Below, one piece after another: positions 37,657-47,812 of a stretch of 64,000 nt of DNA. This DNA is from a candidate division WOR-3 bacterium (GTDB taxonomy: Bacteria; Hydrothermota; Hydrothermia; LBFQ01), in contig JALUCS010000093.1 of NCBI GenBank assembly GCA_027050205.1, positions 31,282 through 95,281 on the forward strand. The letters are read 5' to 3'. Each line of letters begins with the position of its first letter. The first letter of the stretch is position 1. Position numbers and translations under genes: made by a program. Below the pieces are notes generated by a model, which made no database searches, was not told where the DNA came from, and was given only the letters and a program-made list of their open reading frames with translations.

Positions 37657-38529
37657 ATGGCCATACTTCTAACCAAGGACAACCGCGTCATCGTCCAAGG
37701 GATAACCGGCAGGGACGGCTCCTTCCACACCAAGCTGATGTTAGAGTACGGCACCAACATCGTGGGTGGCGTCACCCCCGGAAAGGGTGGGCAAGAGGTC
37801 CACGGCGTCCCCGTCTTCAACACCGTTAAGGAGGCCGTCAAGGAGACCGGGGCGGACACCAGCATAATCTTCGTGCCAGCGAAGTTCGCCGCCGATGCTA
37901 TGATGGAGGCTATAGACGCCGGCATAAAGCTCGTGGTCACCATAACCGAGGGCATCCCCGTAAACGACGTTATGAAGGCCAAGCTCTTCGCCGAGGAGAG
38001 GGGCGCCCGGATAATAGGACCCAACTGCCCCGGCCTCATCACCCCCGGTCAGGCCAAGGTGGGTATAATGCCCGGTCATATCTTCAAGGAGGGGGGTGTC
38101 GGGGTCGTATCCCGCAGCGGTACCCTCACCTACGAGATAGTCTCCCACCTGACGGCCAACGGCTTCGGCCAGAGTACGGCCATCGGTATAGGTGGGGACC
38201 CCATCATCGGGACCAAGTTCATAGATGCCCTTAGGCTCTTCAAGGACGACCCCCAGACCGAGGCCGTGGTCCTGATAGGGGAGATAGGGGGTACGGACGA
38301 GCAGGATGCCGCCGATTACATAGCCAAGGAGTTCAACAAGCCCGTGGTGGCCTTCATCGCCGGCCGCACCGCCCCCAAGGAGAAGAGGATGGGCCACGCC
38401 GGCGCCATAATAATGGGGTCCGAAGGGACCTACGAGGAGAAGAGAAAGAAGTTTGAGAGCGTGGGCGTACCCGTCGCCGATCTTCCGGAGGAGGTGCCGA
38501 AGCTCCTCAAAGACCTCCTGAAGAGGTGA
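37657..38529 (+). CDS. sucD: succinyl-CoA synthetase alpha subunit
   Basis: 290 aa; CoA-binding N-terminus, phospho-His region ..MGHAGAI. Confidence 0.9.
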   Translation: MAILLTKDNRVIVQGITGRDGSFHTKLMLEYGTNIVGGVTPGKGGQEVHGVPVFNTVKEAVKETGADTSIIFVPAKFAADAMMEAIDAGIKLVVTITEGIPVNDVMKAKLFAEERGARIIGPNCPGLITPGQAKVGIMPGHIFKEGGVGVVSRSGTLTYEIVSHLTANGFGQSTAIGIGGDPIIGTKFIDALRLFKDDPQTEAVVLIGEIGGTDEQDAADYIAKEFNKPVVAFIAGRTAPKEKRMGHAGAIIMGSEGTYEEKRKKFESVGVPVADLPEEVPKLLKDLLKR

Positions 38530-38575
38530 GCGGTAGGGGAGGGCCTCCGTCCTCCCCCGTTATACTACCCTCCTA

Positions 38576-39949
38576 ATGAAGTTCTACCCAGCGATAGGGC
38601 TTGAGGTCCATATAGAGCTGAAAACGAAGAGCAAGATGTTCTGCTCCTGTCCGGTGGGGGAGTGGGAGGAGCCGAATACGGCAGTCTGCCCGGTCTGTAT
38701 GGGACACCCCGGAACCCTCCCCGTACCCAACAGGGGGGCGGTGGTCTTCGCCGTCGCCCTCGGCCTATCTTTGGACGGTGAAATCTCCCGCGTCTCCCAG
38801 TTCTACCGGAAGAACTACTTCTACCCCGACCTACCCAAGGGGTACCAGATAACCCAGTACTCCGTCCCCATAGTAAGGGACGCCAACCTCTTCGGCGTCC
38901 GGATAGAGCGGATAAACCTTGAGGAGGAGACCGCCAAGTCCCTCCATATGGAGGACGGGAGCGTCCTCCTGGACTTCAACCGGGCGGGTATCCCGCTCCT
39001 TGAGATCGTCTCCGCCCCGGACATAAGGGAGCCGGAGGAGGCCAAACGGTACCTCGTAGCCCTCCAATCGCTGGTCAGGTTCCTCGGTATATCCGACGCC
39101 CACCTGGAAAAGGGGCAGATGAGGGTGGACGTCAACGTCTCCGTATCGCCGGACCCGGAGCGTCTCGGCACCAAGGTTGAGATAAAGAACCTCAACTCCT
39201 TCAAGGCCGTAGCCGACGCCATCCGGTACGAGATAAGGCGTCAGAGTGAGGTCCTCGCCTCCGGGGGTGAGATCCGCCACGAGACCCGTATGTGGGACGG
39301 GAAGAGGACGGCCGTAATGAGGGTGAAGGAGACGGAGAGCGACTATCGCTACTTCCCGGAGCCGGACATCCCACCCCTATACGTGGATGAGAGCATATTG
39401 AAGGAGGCGGAGGGTATGTTGGTGGAGTTGCCTTGGGAGAGGCAGAGGAGGTACGAGGAGGAAGGGGTACCCTCCCATTTGGCCGGTGTTATAGCATACG
39501 ATAGGGACCTGACCGAGGCCTACGAGAGGGTTAAGGCCATAGACCCGAAGCTGACGGCCGACCTGCTCCTGAACGTCGTCCTCGGCAAGTTGAACAAGGC
39601 CGGGAAGTCCTTAAAAGAGTTTGATATAGACGGATTCGGAGACTTCGTAAGGGCCTTCAAGGAGGGCAAGTTCGTAAGGGACTACCTCAAGGAGGGGATA
39701 GAGAGGCACATAAGCGAGGGGTGGCCTTTCGCAAAGGTGATAGAGGACGCCCCCAAGGTGGAGAGGGTGGATATAAGGCCCTTCGTTGAGGACCTGATAA
39801 GGAACAACCCGAAGGAGGTTGAAAAGTACCGGAAAGGGCAGAAGGGGGTCATAGGTTTCTTCGTCGGTCAGGTTATGAGGAGATACAGGGGGAAGGTAGA
39901 CCCGCGGGAGGTCCGTAAGGTGGTGGAGGAGATGTTGGAGGGGGGATAG
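38576..39949 (+). CDS. gatB: Asp-tRNA(Asn)/Glu-tRNA(Gln) amidotransferase subunit B
   Basis: 457 aa; N-terminal IGLEVHIELKTKSKMFCSCP. Confidence 0.9.
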   Translation: MKFYPAIGLEVHIELKTKSKMFCSCPVGEWEEPNTAVCPVCMGHPGTLPVPNRGAVVFAVALGLSLDGEISRVSQFYRKNYFYPDLPKGYQITQYSVPIVRDANLFGVRIERINLEEETAKSLHMEDGSVLLDFNRAGIPLLEIVSAPDIREPEEAKRYLVALQSLVRFLGISDAHLEKGQMRVDVNVSVSPDPERLGTKVEIKNLNSFKAVADAIRYEIRRQSEVLASGGEIRHETRMWDGKRTAVMRVKETESDYRYFPEPDIPPLYVDESILKEAEGMLVELPWERQRRYEEEGVPSHLAGVIAYDRDLTEAYERVKAIDPKLTADLLLNVVLGKLNKAGKSLKEFDIDGFGDFVRAFKEGKFVRDYLKEGIERHISEGWPFAKVIEDAPKVERVDIRPFVEDLIRNNPKEVEKYRKGQKGVIGFFVGQVMRRYRGKVDPREVRKVVEEMLEGG

Positions 39950-40021
39950 CACCTCCTAAACTCAATAGTACTTAACTTTATAGTGCAAAAAGTGTAAGTT
40001 TCCGGGATATACTACCCACTT

Positions 40022-41983
40022 ATGATGACGATTCTGCTCTTAACGCAGGAGATAAGGATAGATACCACCTACATCTACAAGGGGAAACCCGTGGTCGTAA
40101 TAGGGGAGGAGAAACGCTGGACGGAGGAGATGACCTACACCAAGACCTCCCCCTTCCGCATCCTTGAGAGGAACGGCATAGACATCATAAGGAAGGGGCC
40201 AGCGTTCAGCGCCGACGTCTACGTCTCCGGTTTCAAGGGCCACGACGTACCCGTCAGCATAGACGGTGAGAGGTTCTACAACGCCTGCCCCAACAGGATG
40301 GACGCCCCGACTGTGCGCATAAATCCCCTTGAAGTCTCCGTGATGCAGGTAAAGACCACCTCCACGTCCAACTTCACCGGTCTGGGGGGCGGCGTGATAG
40401 TGCATCGCCGTGTCCCTCCCAAGAAGCCTACCTTGAGGGCCTTCCTGATGGGAAACGCCCTCGCCTCCACCGGTGGGGATGCCGGAGTTTCACTTGAGGG
40501 GTTCAACCAGGGTCTCTATCTCCGCTTCACCCAGAGTACTCCCTACACCACGGGTACCAACTACAAAGATGAGCGCTACAAGGGTGTTGCCGGAAAGAGC
40601 ATAACGGAAGTCTACCCCTACATCCCGGACAGCTTCGCCGGTGCCAACAACCTCTCCTACCGCGTCGTGGAGGCCACCTTCAACGGCAGGGCCATGGAGG
40701 GGCTTCTGGACTACGGCCTCCTGGCCAACTACTACGGTAAGGTCCTCTTCCCCTACCTCCTGATGGACGAGATCTACAGTAAGCAGATAGGGGGCCACGT
40801 CGCCTACATGGGCCACAAGGTCTACTTCAACACCCTCCACCACTATATGACCAACGAGCTGCGTAAGTCCCTCGGTATGATGTTTATGAGTACGGACGCC
40901 TACGTCCTTAATGCCGGTATCACCAACCCCAACTTCCCCCTCTTCGGCTACGAGGTCTTCTACAGGAAGTGGTGGGCCTACAACAAGATAAAGCCCAAGA
41001 TGATGCCTGATACCATAAAGAACCACATGCTCCCCAACCTCCAGGTAGCCCAGGCCGACCTGAACCGTACCTTCACCTTTGAGGGTATCCCCGGCCTCTC
41101 CCTCTCCCTAAAGGGAGGTCTAGCTTACTACTTCATATCCCCCGACGAGAACTACGACCCTGCGGTTATGATGAAGCTCAAGGCCGTAGACCCCAACGCC
41201 AAGAAGGGTAAGCCCTTCCCCATCTTCAACCTCGTGAGCCGCTACAACCTCTCCACAGCCCTGGCGGGTGTGTTTGAGCTGGCGGCGGAACCTCCGGACC
41301 CGGAGTACGTCTATATAAACGTCAAGAAGCCTATGGGCAAGCCCTGGTGGGTGGGGAACTACTCCCTGAAGTGCGGTAAGAAGGTGGGCGGCCGCTTAGA
41401 GCTTACCCCCACGCTCGGTGATTACGGACTCAACCTCAACTTTGACCTCTACTCCTACTTCGTTAAGGACCAGAGCTACCTGACGAAAGTCAAGAGGGAG
41501 ATAAACATGAACGGTACGCCTACGACGGTCGTCATCCAGACCTACAAGAACGTAGACGAGGTCCTCGCTGGGTACAGGTTCAGGCTAAGCTGGAGGGAGA
41601 TGGTGGCCCTGACCTCCACCTACACCTACGCCCAGAACCTGACGGACAAGGTCCCCTTCGCCGAGACCCCGCCCCTGATGGTGGGTCTGGACCTCTCCAC
41701 CCCCAGGCTCTACGGCTTCAAGGCTGGTCTCTCCTTCATATGGAACGACGCCCAGACCCGCGTGGACACCATCCTAAACGAGAAGCCCACGACCTCGTGG
41801 TGGAGGAGCGACCTGTCCCTTGAGTACTCCTACAGGAACTTCACCGCCAAACTGGAGATAGACAACCTGACCGATAACCTCTACTACCGCCACCTCTCCT
41901 ACATGCGCAATCCCTTCGCCTCCGGCATGCCCGTCTACGAGCCGGGTCGCACCTTGAGGCTGACCGTTTCTTACGGAATGTAA
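40022..41983 (+). CDS. TonB-dependent receptor-like outer-membrane protein (plug plus beta-barrel)
   Basis: 653 aa; N-terminal plug-like segment, Tyr/Asn/Gly-rich barrel, ends with an aromatic-rich C-terminus; followed by a strong terminator. Confidence 0.5.
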   Translation: MMTILLLTQEIRIDTTYIYKGKPVVVIGEEKRWTEEMTYTKTSPFRILERNGIDIIRKGPAFSADVYVSGFKGHDVPVSIDGERFYNACPNRMDAPTVRINPLEVSVMQVKTTSTSNFTGLGGGVIVHRRVPPKKPTLRAFLMGNALASTGGDAGVSLEGFNQGLYLRFTQSTPYTTGTNYKDERYKGVAGKSITEVYPYIPDSFAGANNLSYRVVEATFNGRAMEGLLDYGLLANYYGKVLFPYLLMDEIYSKQIGGHVAYMGHKVYFNTLHHYMTNELRKSLGMMFMSTDAYVLNAGITNPNFPLFGYEVFYRKWWAYNKIKPKMMPDTIKNHMLPNLQVAQADLNRTFTFEGIPGLSLSLKGGLAYYFISPDENYDPAVMMKLKAVDPNAKKGKPFPIFNLVSRYNLSTALAGVFELAAEPPDPEYVYINVKKPMGKPWWVGNYSLKCGKKVGGRLELTPTLGDYGLNLNFDLYSYFVKDQSYLTKVKREINMNGTPTTVVIQTYKNVDEVLAGYRFRLSWREMVALTSTYTYAQNLTDKVPFAETPPLMVGLDLSTPRLYGFKAGLSFIWNDAQTRVDTILNEKPTTSWWRSDLSLEYSYRNFTAKLEIDNLTDNLYYRHLSYMRNPFASGMPVYEPGRTLRLTVSYGM

Positions 41984-42010
41984 AAGAGGAGAATCAGGGT
42001 ACGCCTTTTG

Positions 42011-42044
42011 GCCCCGTCCATGGAAGGGCGGGGCTTTTTCTTTC
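42011..42044 (+). terminator. rho-independent terminator
   Basis: GCCCCGTCC-ATGGAA-GGGCGGGGC 9-bp stem followed by TTTTTCTTTC. Confidence 0.7.
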
Positions 42045-42807
42045 AGTACCCCCTCCTCTCAATCCACACCCCACCGAGCAGCAGTAATACGAGGGAGATT
42101 AGGAAACGGAGGCCATCGTTTAGGAGCTGGACGTCTAAGACCCTACGCAGGTCCGAGGGGTCGGATACCCCGGTAGCCTTAGCACCGAATATGGGGGATA
42201 GGTCTATCCAGCCCAATGCCCAAACTATAACCACGAGGAGCAGGATGGCTATGAACCACTTAAAGGGCATATCCTTAACGAGGGCGGCCGCCACCATTCC
42301 AGAGGTCAGGGTCAGGAGGATACGGAGATATCCGGAAAGGGCCAACTTCAGGGCATCCCCGGTGTTTATAAAACTCCCTAACGAGGCCACGTTCGTATCC
42401 GTGGTCATTTTGGAGATGATATAGGCGGCCAGTGCAAAGATAGCGAAATAAACCGTAGCCTGTAGAACGAGCCAGACCTCCTTGGAGAGGAGCAGGAGGG
42501 TGCGGTTGACGGGGAGGGAGTTGACGAACTCGTATATCCTACCCTCCCTCTCCGAGAAGTAGGTAGCTACGCCGGCGAAGATGGACCAGATGAATACCCC
42601 CGCACCGCCGAGGAGGAGGAAGAGGAAACCGACGTCGTTCTTTCTTTGGACGTTGTAGATGGCGATGGCCATAAATATGGTAATGACAGCCGTATTAGTG
42701 AGAAACCATCCCATAGAGAGACGCACATCCTTTTCAAAAAGGGTCCAAAACCTTTTCATCCTGAAATTATACCCTCGGGGGGTGTGCGGCCCCCCGAAAA
42801 GACTCAC
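42043..42807 (-). CDS. ABC-2-type permease-like polytopic membrane protein
   Basis: 254 aa, six hydrophobic segments; no adjacent ATPase gene. Confidence 0.4.
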   Translation of the reverse strand: MSLFGGPHTPRGYNFRMKRFWTLFEKDVRLSMGWFLTNTAVITIFMAIAIYNVQRKNDVGFLFLLLGGAGVFIWSIFAGVATYFSEREGRIYEFVNSLPVNRTLLLLSKEVWLVLQATVYFAIFALAAYIISKMTTDTNVASLGSFINTGDALKLALSGYLRILLTLTSGMVAAALVKDMPFKWFIAILLLVVIVWALGWIDLSPIFGAKATGVSDPSDLRRVLDVQLLNDGLRFLISLVLLLLGGVWIERRGY

Positions 42808-43790
42808 TTCTCCTCCAACTTCAGTATGTCCGTTATCTTCACCCCCACCTGCGCCCCGCCGGAGAAGACGCTGCCGGTACGTTTGGCCTCAAGGCGCTTC
42901 TTATCCAGTTCGTAGGCCTCGTCGGGAAGCTCAACGTACCCGACGTCCCTTATGAGGTTTTTCACATTAGTGAGATAGTAATCCACGAACTTCTTCACGT
43001 AGGGCTTCGTCTCGTAGGACTTCTTATTGACATAGATGAAGAGGGGTCGGGAGAGGGGTACGTACTTGCCGCTTACGACGTTCTCAACCGTAGGCATTAC
43101 AGGGCCGTTCCCTCCGTCTATCGGCACGGCCTTCAGCTTGTCCTTGTTCTCAAGGTAGTAAGCTAGGCCGAAGTACCCCAGGGCGTACTTATCGGAGGCC
43201 ACCCCTTGGACGAGGACGTTGTCGTCTTCGGAGGAAGTGTAGTCTCCCCTGCTGGCCCCCTCCTTCCCGACTATGGCCTTGGTGAAGTAGTCAAAGGTTC
43301 CGGAGTCTACGCCGGGGCCGTAGAGGTGTATCTCCTTGTCCGGCCATCCCTCCCTTATCTGGCTCCACTTCGTTATCTTCCCTTGGGATTCGGGCGCCCA
43401 GATCTTCCGCAGTTCCTCTACGGTCAGGTAGTCCACCCACGTGTTGTCGGGGTTGACGACGACGGTTATGGCGTCGTACCCTATGGGTAGCTCGTAGAAC
43501 TCTATGCCGTTCTTCTTGCACAACTCCAGCTCCGTCGGCTTTATGGGGCGGGAGGCGTCGTTTATGTCCGTCTCACCCCTGCAGAACTTCTTGAAACCCC
43601 CACCCGTCCCCGATATCCCGACGGTCACCTTGATGTCGGGGTTGTCCTTCTGGAACTCCTCGGCTACGGCCTCGGTTATCGGATACACGGTTGAAGAGCC
43701 GTCTATGGAGACGACCTTGGTCCTCCTGGACTTCCCGCACCCGGAGAGGAGAGCCAGGACAGCAGCCGCAAGCAGAAACTTCCTCATCAT
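42804..43790 (-). CDS. pstS: phosphate ABC transporter substrate-binding protein PstS-like (lipoprotein)
   Basis: 328 aa; lipobox [14 protein letters not shown] and GISGTGGG motifs. Confidence 0.8.
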   Translation of the reverse strand: MMRKFLLAAAVLALLSGCGKSRRTKVVSIDGSSTVYPITEAVAEEFQKDNPDIKVTVGISGTGGGFKKFCRGETDINDASRPIKPTELELCKKNGIEFYELPIGYDAITVVVNPDNTWVDYLTVEELRKIWAPESQGKITKWSQIREGWPDKEIHLYGPGVDSGTFDYFTKAIVGKEGASRGDYTSSEDDNVLVQGVASDKYALGYFGLAYYLENKDKLKAVPIDGGNGPVMPTVENVVSGKYVPLSRPLFIYVNKKSYETKPYVKKFVDYYLTNVKNLIRDVGYVELPDEAYELDKKRLEAKRTGSVFSGGAQVGVKITDILKLEEK

Positions 43791-43804
43791 GGTTGTCCTT
43801 CCAT

Positions 43805-44827
43805 TTAAAACTTCGCCTCCGTATGGAGGCTAACCGTGGGGGTTTTCCCCTCCTTCCACCTGTAAGAGAGGGCTGCCCGGAGGTTGTCGCTAAGCCTGTA
43901 GGAGATGCCCCCTATGACGGTGTGAGCCGTATAGTTGGCCATGAGGTCGTACCTGCCGAATAGGTTTAGATGCCCCTTGAGGAGGTGAAGGACGGCGAAC
44001 GCAGACGCCCCTTTCGTGTAGGATCTGTAGGACGTCGTATAGTGCGCGTGGGTGAGCATCAGGGTCAGAGGGGTGGTCTTCAGGCTAAGGCCGGCGATGT
44101 ACCTGTCCTTAAAGCCCAGGCCCTCCGTGGTCGTGTGGGCGAAGGCGTGTATGCCCAGGAGGTCGCCGAAGCCGAAGAGGGCGGACGGATATACGGAGAG
44201 GCGGCCCATGACGTCCTTGTGGGGGTCGCTCTCAAGTTCCTTGTAGCCGTTCCCGTTGTATATACCGGCGTTGAGGTCCCACGGAAGCTGTTTGCACTTG
44301 TATATCAGGGAGGCTCCCATATCGGCTGTGTATTCCAAACCGGCGAGGTCGTAGGCCGTCTTCTCAACGAAGCGATGGCCCCAAAGCCCCTCCTCAAGCC
44401 CCGTCCATACCGTCGGGATGACCCCGAAGCGGAGGGTTAAAGAGCGCTTGTCGCTCTTCAGAGCCTTCCACTGGACGTAGGCGTGCTTCAAATACACGGC
44501 GTAGGCGCTCTTCTTTGAGGTCTCACCCACGAGTTTCGTCAGGGGGGCGACGTCCGTCGTGAAGCGTATCAGGATGTCCCCTCTCCTGAACTTCGTTATG
44601 ATATACATACGGTCCACGTAGAAGCCGTTCTCGTAGGGGGAGGAGGTGCCGATGCTGTACCTTAGGTAGGTCTTCCCGCCGAACTTGAGGTTGCTTTCTT
44701 CCATAGAATTTTTAAAAGGACGAACCCTGCGTACCTGATGGACCGGTATGGTCTTAACCTCCGATACCTTGAGCCTTACAGTTCCCTTTAGGGTATCAAC
44801 AGGGAAACCGATCATTAGGGCAATCAT
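43805..44827 (-). CDS. outer-membrane porin-like beta-barrel (possibly phosphate-selective)
   Basis: 340 aa, alternating amphipathic strands, C-terminal F; adjacent to pstS. Confidence 0.45.
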   Translation of the reverse strand: MIALMIGFPVDTLKGTVRLKVSEVKTIPVHQVRRVRPFKNSMEESNLKFGGKTYLRYSIGTSSPYENGFYVDRMYIITKFRRGDILIRFTTDVAPLTKLVGETSKKSAYAVYLKHAYVQWKALKSDKRSLTLRFGVIPTVWTGLEEGLWGHRFVEKTAYDLAGLEYTADMGASLIYKCKQLPWDLNAGIYNGNGYKELESDPHKDVMGRLSVYPSALFGFGDLLGIHAFAHTTTEGLGFKDRYIAGLSLKTTPLTLMLTHAHYTTSYRSYTKGASAFAVLHLLKGHLNLFGRYDLMANYTAHTVIGGISYRLSDNLRAALSYRWKEGKTPTVSLHTEAKF

Positions 44828-44970
44828 AAGCAGATAGTATTCTACCGATGTATAACCTTCCGGTGGGTCGCCTGTGTTTGCTCCGTTCGGAGCATACCGC
44901 GTCTAGTATAGGGATAATGGCGAACCGATAAGGGTATTACGCCGATAGGGGAAACAGCTCCACTCTCATC

Positions 44971-45078
44971 CTCAAAAAATGAAAGTTGAACTTGGTGGCA
45001 CTTCAAGATTCCTTTACTCCCATTAGCGGATTCTGAAAACACCGGTACATTCCACTTTCAAATTCTGGTATTCAAAGG
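44971..45078 (-). repeat. interspersed intergenic repeat, copy R6
   Basis: reverse complement ttttcagaatccgctaatgggagtaaaggaatcttgaag aligns with R1. Confidence 0.55.
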
Positions 45079-45162
45079 ATAGAGGGATTGGCAGGTTCTG
45101 TAGCTATGGGATTGATAGAAACGTGAATCCCCACTGTAATGCTGACCTTTGAATGCAAGCCA

Positions 45163-45240
45163 TTTTAAAATTCTAAAGTTGTATTTTAAAAAACTTAAAA
45201 TGTGTGTTTAAAAAATTGAAAGTACTACTTTAAGATTTTG
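45163..45240. other. second strongly AT-rich block in a 700-nt spacer
   Basis: ttttaaaattctaaagttgtattttaaaaaacttaaaatgtgtgtttaaaaaattgaaag. Confidence 0.4.
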
Positions 45241-45534
45241 GAACCCTACAGATCTGAGGATTGGATGTCGTCTATTGTTTTCATTTGGAGACGTTGGTCA
45301 CGGGGCATCATTCCATAAGCGTAATATCTCCTCCTATCGCACCCTATCCGGCATTGTATTCAACCTCCCTCCGGAACCGGCTTTCGGGAAGTACGGGCCA
45401 TAATTGACAGAAGCCGCCAACACGACACAGTACAGGAAATTCGCTCCAACCCCACCTGAAAGCAACCCCACCTGAAAGACCATCGGCCGGATACGGGAGA
45501 CCCTCACCTGCGGGCTAAAACGCCCAAAGGCCTA

Positions 45535-46095
45535 TCATTTCCCACCCTTCAGCACCTCTAAGGCCTTTCCCGGTCCCTCCTCCTCGTTCTGACTCAACAC
45601 GAAAAGAACCTCGTCCAAGAGGGTCAAGAGCTTTTCGTCTATGGAGTTCCTGCGAACGGCCCTGTCCACGAGGTCGTAGAGAGTGGAGAGCAACCTCTGG
45701 GTACTCCGCAGGGTACGGAGGCCAGGACTGTAATGGAGCATCTCAAGGATGTCCATTATCCTATCGTACAGCTCCTGGTAGCCCTCAACTTCCCTCCCCT
45801 CCTCCAAGCGGGTCAAGAGATCCATAAAGGCGTTGAGAAGTTCGGCCATAACGGAGAAGACCGTTTCCCTCTCCGGCTCCGTCTTCCCCAACCCCATCTG
45901 GTTGGAGACGATATCCGCCATGTACTGGAGTATGGGAACCAACCTACCGTCGGGCGCTACCCCCATCGCCTCGGCGAGGGATTTGAGCATCTTCTCCATA
46001 TAACCCTTGCGGCGTTTGTAGGAATCGTAAGGCTCCATGAAGTACGAGGTGACCCACGACTTCACCTCAACCAGTTTGCCAATGAAGGTCTCCAT
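45535..46095 (-). CDS. hypothetical alpha-helical protein
   Basis: 186-aa ORF, no family recognised. Confidence 0.4.
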   Translation of the reverse strand: METFIGKLVEVKSWVTSYFMEPYDSYKRRKGYMEKMLKSLAEAMGVAPDGRLVPILQYMADIVSNQMGLGKTEPERETVFSVMAELLNAFMDLLTRLEEGREVEGYQELYDRIMDILEMLHYSPGLRTLRSTQRLLSTLYDLVDRAVRRNSIDEKLLTLLDEVLFVLSQNEEEGPGKALEVLKGGK

Positions 46096-46129
46096 AGGCC
46101 GATATTGTATCCCCGCTTAGAATAGGGAG

Positions 46130-46777
46130 ATGTTCGGCATAGGGACGGTCCTTGACAAGATAACGAGCCTGTTTTGGGGCTTCGGCTTCCTCTACCATCT
46201 CGGTGGGGGCGTATCCTTCCCCACCACCGCCTCCCTGAACGGCTACCTTAGGGACTACGGTTATCCATCCGTCCCGGAGGCCTACCTCTCCGAGGTGTCG
46301 GGATGGAGGATCTTCCTGAAGGGCTACACCGTATCCAGATTCTCTGGCAGCATATGGGGAGGGGAGGCGACCTCCGGGGATAAGGTGGTCTCCATAGACG
46401 GGAGCTACTCCTACTACTCCCTTGGGAAACTCCTGACCCTCAAGAGCGGGACCTTCTACCTCCTGCCATCGGTAGGGCTTGGGCGATCCAACCTAACCCT
46501 GACGGTGGGGGACAACGTCGTCCGGTTTGACTCTCTCCTATCATCGCCTGGGAACGTCTCCACCCTCCGGACCGACTCGTGGATCCTGACCCCCGAAGCG
46601 GAGTTCCTCTGGAGGAAGGAGGCCTTCCTGTTTCTGGGGGCGAGGTTGGGGTACATGCTCGCCTTCCCCAAAGGGAGATGGACGACGGAGGGTGTGGAGG
46701 TGAAGGGAGGCCCAAATACGGCTATGGACGGTCTATATTTCAACCTAACCATAGGGTTGGGGTTCGTGGTGCTTTAA
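46130..46777 (+). CDS. hypothetical beta-rich (outer-membrane-like) protein
   Basis: 215-aa ORF, Gly/Ser/Tyr/Leu alternating pattern. Confidence 0.35.
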   Translation: MFGIGTVLDKITSLFWGFGFLYHLGGGVSFPTTASLNGYLRDYGYPSVPEAYLSEVSGWRIFLKGYTVSRFSGSIWGGEATSGDKVVSIDGSYSYYSLGKLLTLKSGTFYLLPSVGLGRSNLTLTVGDNVVRFDSLLSSPGNVSTLRTDSWILTPEAEFLWRKEAFLFLGARLGYMLAFPKGRWTTEGVEVKGGPNTAMDGLYFNLTIGLGFVVL

Positions 46778-46814
46778 CAAGCACGATAATTTATCTTCCT
46801 TATAATACCCTCCT

Positions 46815-47084
46815 ATGACGAAAGGGGAACTCATAACGCGGCTCAAGAACAGGACGGGCTTGACCAAGCAGCAGCTTGCCGAGATCGTTGATGCCCTGCT
46901 GGCCGAGCTGGCGGAGGCCTTCATCCGCCAGGAGAGGGTTGAGATAAGGGGCTTCGGGGTGTTCATCCCCGTACACCGCAAGCGCAAGAAGAGCGACGAG
47001 AAGCTCCCCCGCATAAAGTTCAAGCTCTCGCAGGTGATAAGGCAGAAGATGATAGAGGAGGAACGGAAGAGGAGGAAAGGGTAA
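46815..47084 (+). CDS. HU/IHF family DNA-binding protein
   Basis: 89 aa; GFGVF beta-arm motif; TATAAT at 46801-46806. Confidence 0.85.
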   Translation: MTKGELITRLKNRTGLTKQQLAEIVDALLAELAEAFIRQERVEIRGFGVFIPVHRKRKKSDEKLPRIKFKLSQVIRQKMIEEERKRRKG

Positions 47085-47173
47085 TGCCCTGCGGACGCAA
47101 GCGGAAGCTGAAGAAGATAAAGAAGCACAAGCTCAAGAAGCGCCGCAAGAAGATGCGTCACAAGAAGAAGTGA
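47084..47173 (+). CDS. 29-aa hyper-basic peptide (MPCGRKRKLKKIKKHKLKKRRKKMRHKKK), possibly bS22-like ribosomal protein
   Basis: ATG overlaps HU stop (TAATG); stop overlaps GTG start of tsaB (GTGA); resembles small Lys/Arg-rich ribosomal proteins (bS22/Thx class). Confidence 0.35.
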   Translation: MPCGRKRKLKKIKKHKLKKRRKKMRHKKK

Positions 47174-47784
47174 GGGAGAGCCTCCCCCTCCTCGCCGTTG
47201 ATACGGCCTATAAGTTCTTCAGCGTAGCGCTTTGGAAAGAGGGGAAAGTGCGCGAGATGAAGGAGGGGGAGGCCTTCAGACACGTAGAAGGGCTGAATCT
47301 AAAGGTTCGGAATCTCCTGAAAGGGGAGGGGATTAGGATAACGGACATAGGTGCGGTCCTCATAACGGTGGGACCCGGCTACTTCACCTCCCTAAGGGTG
47401 GCGGCATCCTTCGCCAAGGCCCTCCACCTGACTTTCGGCATCCCCATCTACGGCTTTGGCTCCCTGCAGGCCATGGCTGTGGGGGTAGAGGACGGACGGT
47501 ACATAGCCACGATGGACGCCCGTAAGGGTCAGGTGTATGCCCAAACCTTCAAAGTGGAGGGGGGAATACCCATAGAGGACGGGGTCATCCCCCTGGGGAT
47601 ATACGGCTCCGACGACCTCCCCTACGGAAGGTACGCTCCCCTACCTCCGCCGGAGGAGAGCCTTAGGGCCTCAAACCTCTTCCCTCTGTACTTCGCCGGC
47701 CTCGGCGACGAGTTGGAACCGAACTTCTCGCCCCTCTACCTCCGGCCGCCCGACGCCGTCGTGAACAGGCGACGGGAAGCCTGA
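47170..47784 (+). CDS. tsaB: tRNA threonylcarbamoyladenosine biosynthesis protein TsaB
   Basis: 204 aa; N-terminal LLAVDTAYKFFSVAL typical of TsaB/YeaZ. Confidence 0.7.
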   Translation: MRESLPLLAVDTAYKFFSVALWKEGKVREMKEGEAFRHVEGLNLKVRNLLKGEGIRITDIGAVLITVGPGYFTSLRVAASFAKALHLTFGIPIYGFGSLQAMAVGVEDGRYIATMDARKGQVYAQTFKVEGGIPIEDGVIPLGIYGSDDLPYGRYAPLPPPEESLRASNLFPLYFAGLGDELEPNFSPLYLRPPDAVVNRRREA

Positions 47785-47812
47785 TCCCTTTCGGGGGTAA
47801 AATAACCCACCT

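Noticed and set aside
37657-38529. Looked for sucC immediately upstream of sucD
   Set aside because: Upstream sequence is the low-GC islet with only an antisense ORF; no SucC-like ATP-grasp ORF anywhere in the window, so sucD is called alone.
44998-45020. Possible sigma-54 promoter (TGGCAC at 44996-45001 followed by …GATTCC)
   Set aside because: The downstream -12 element is not TTGC(A/T) at the correct 5-nt spacing; the match is part of the interspersed repeat core and is better explained by that.
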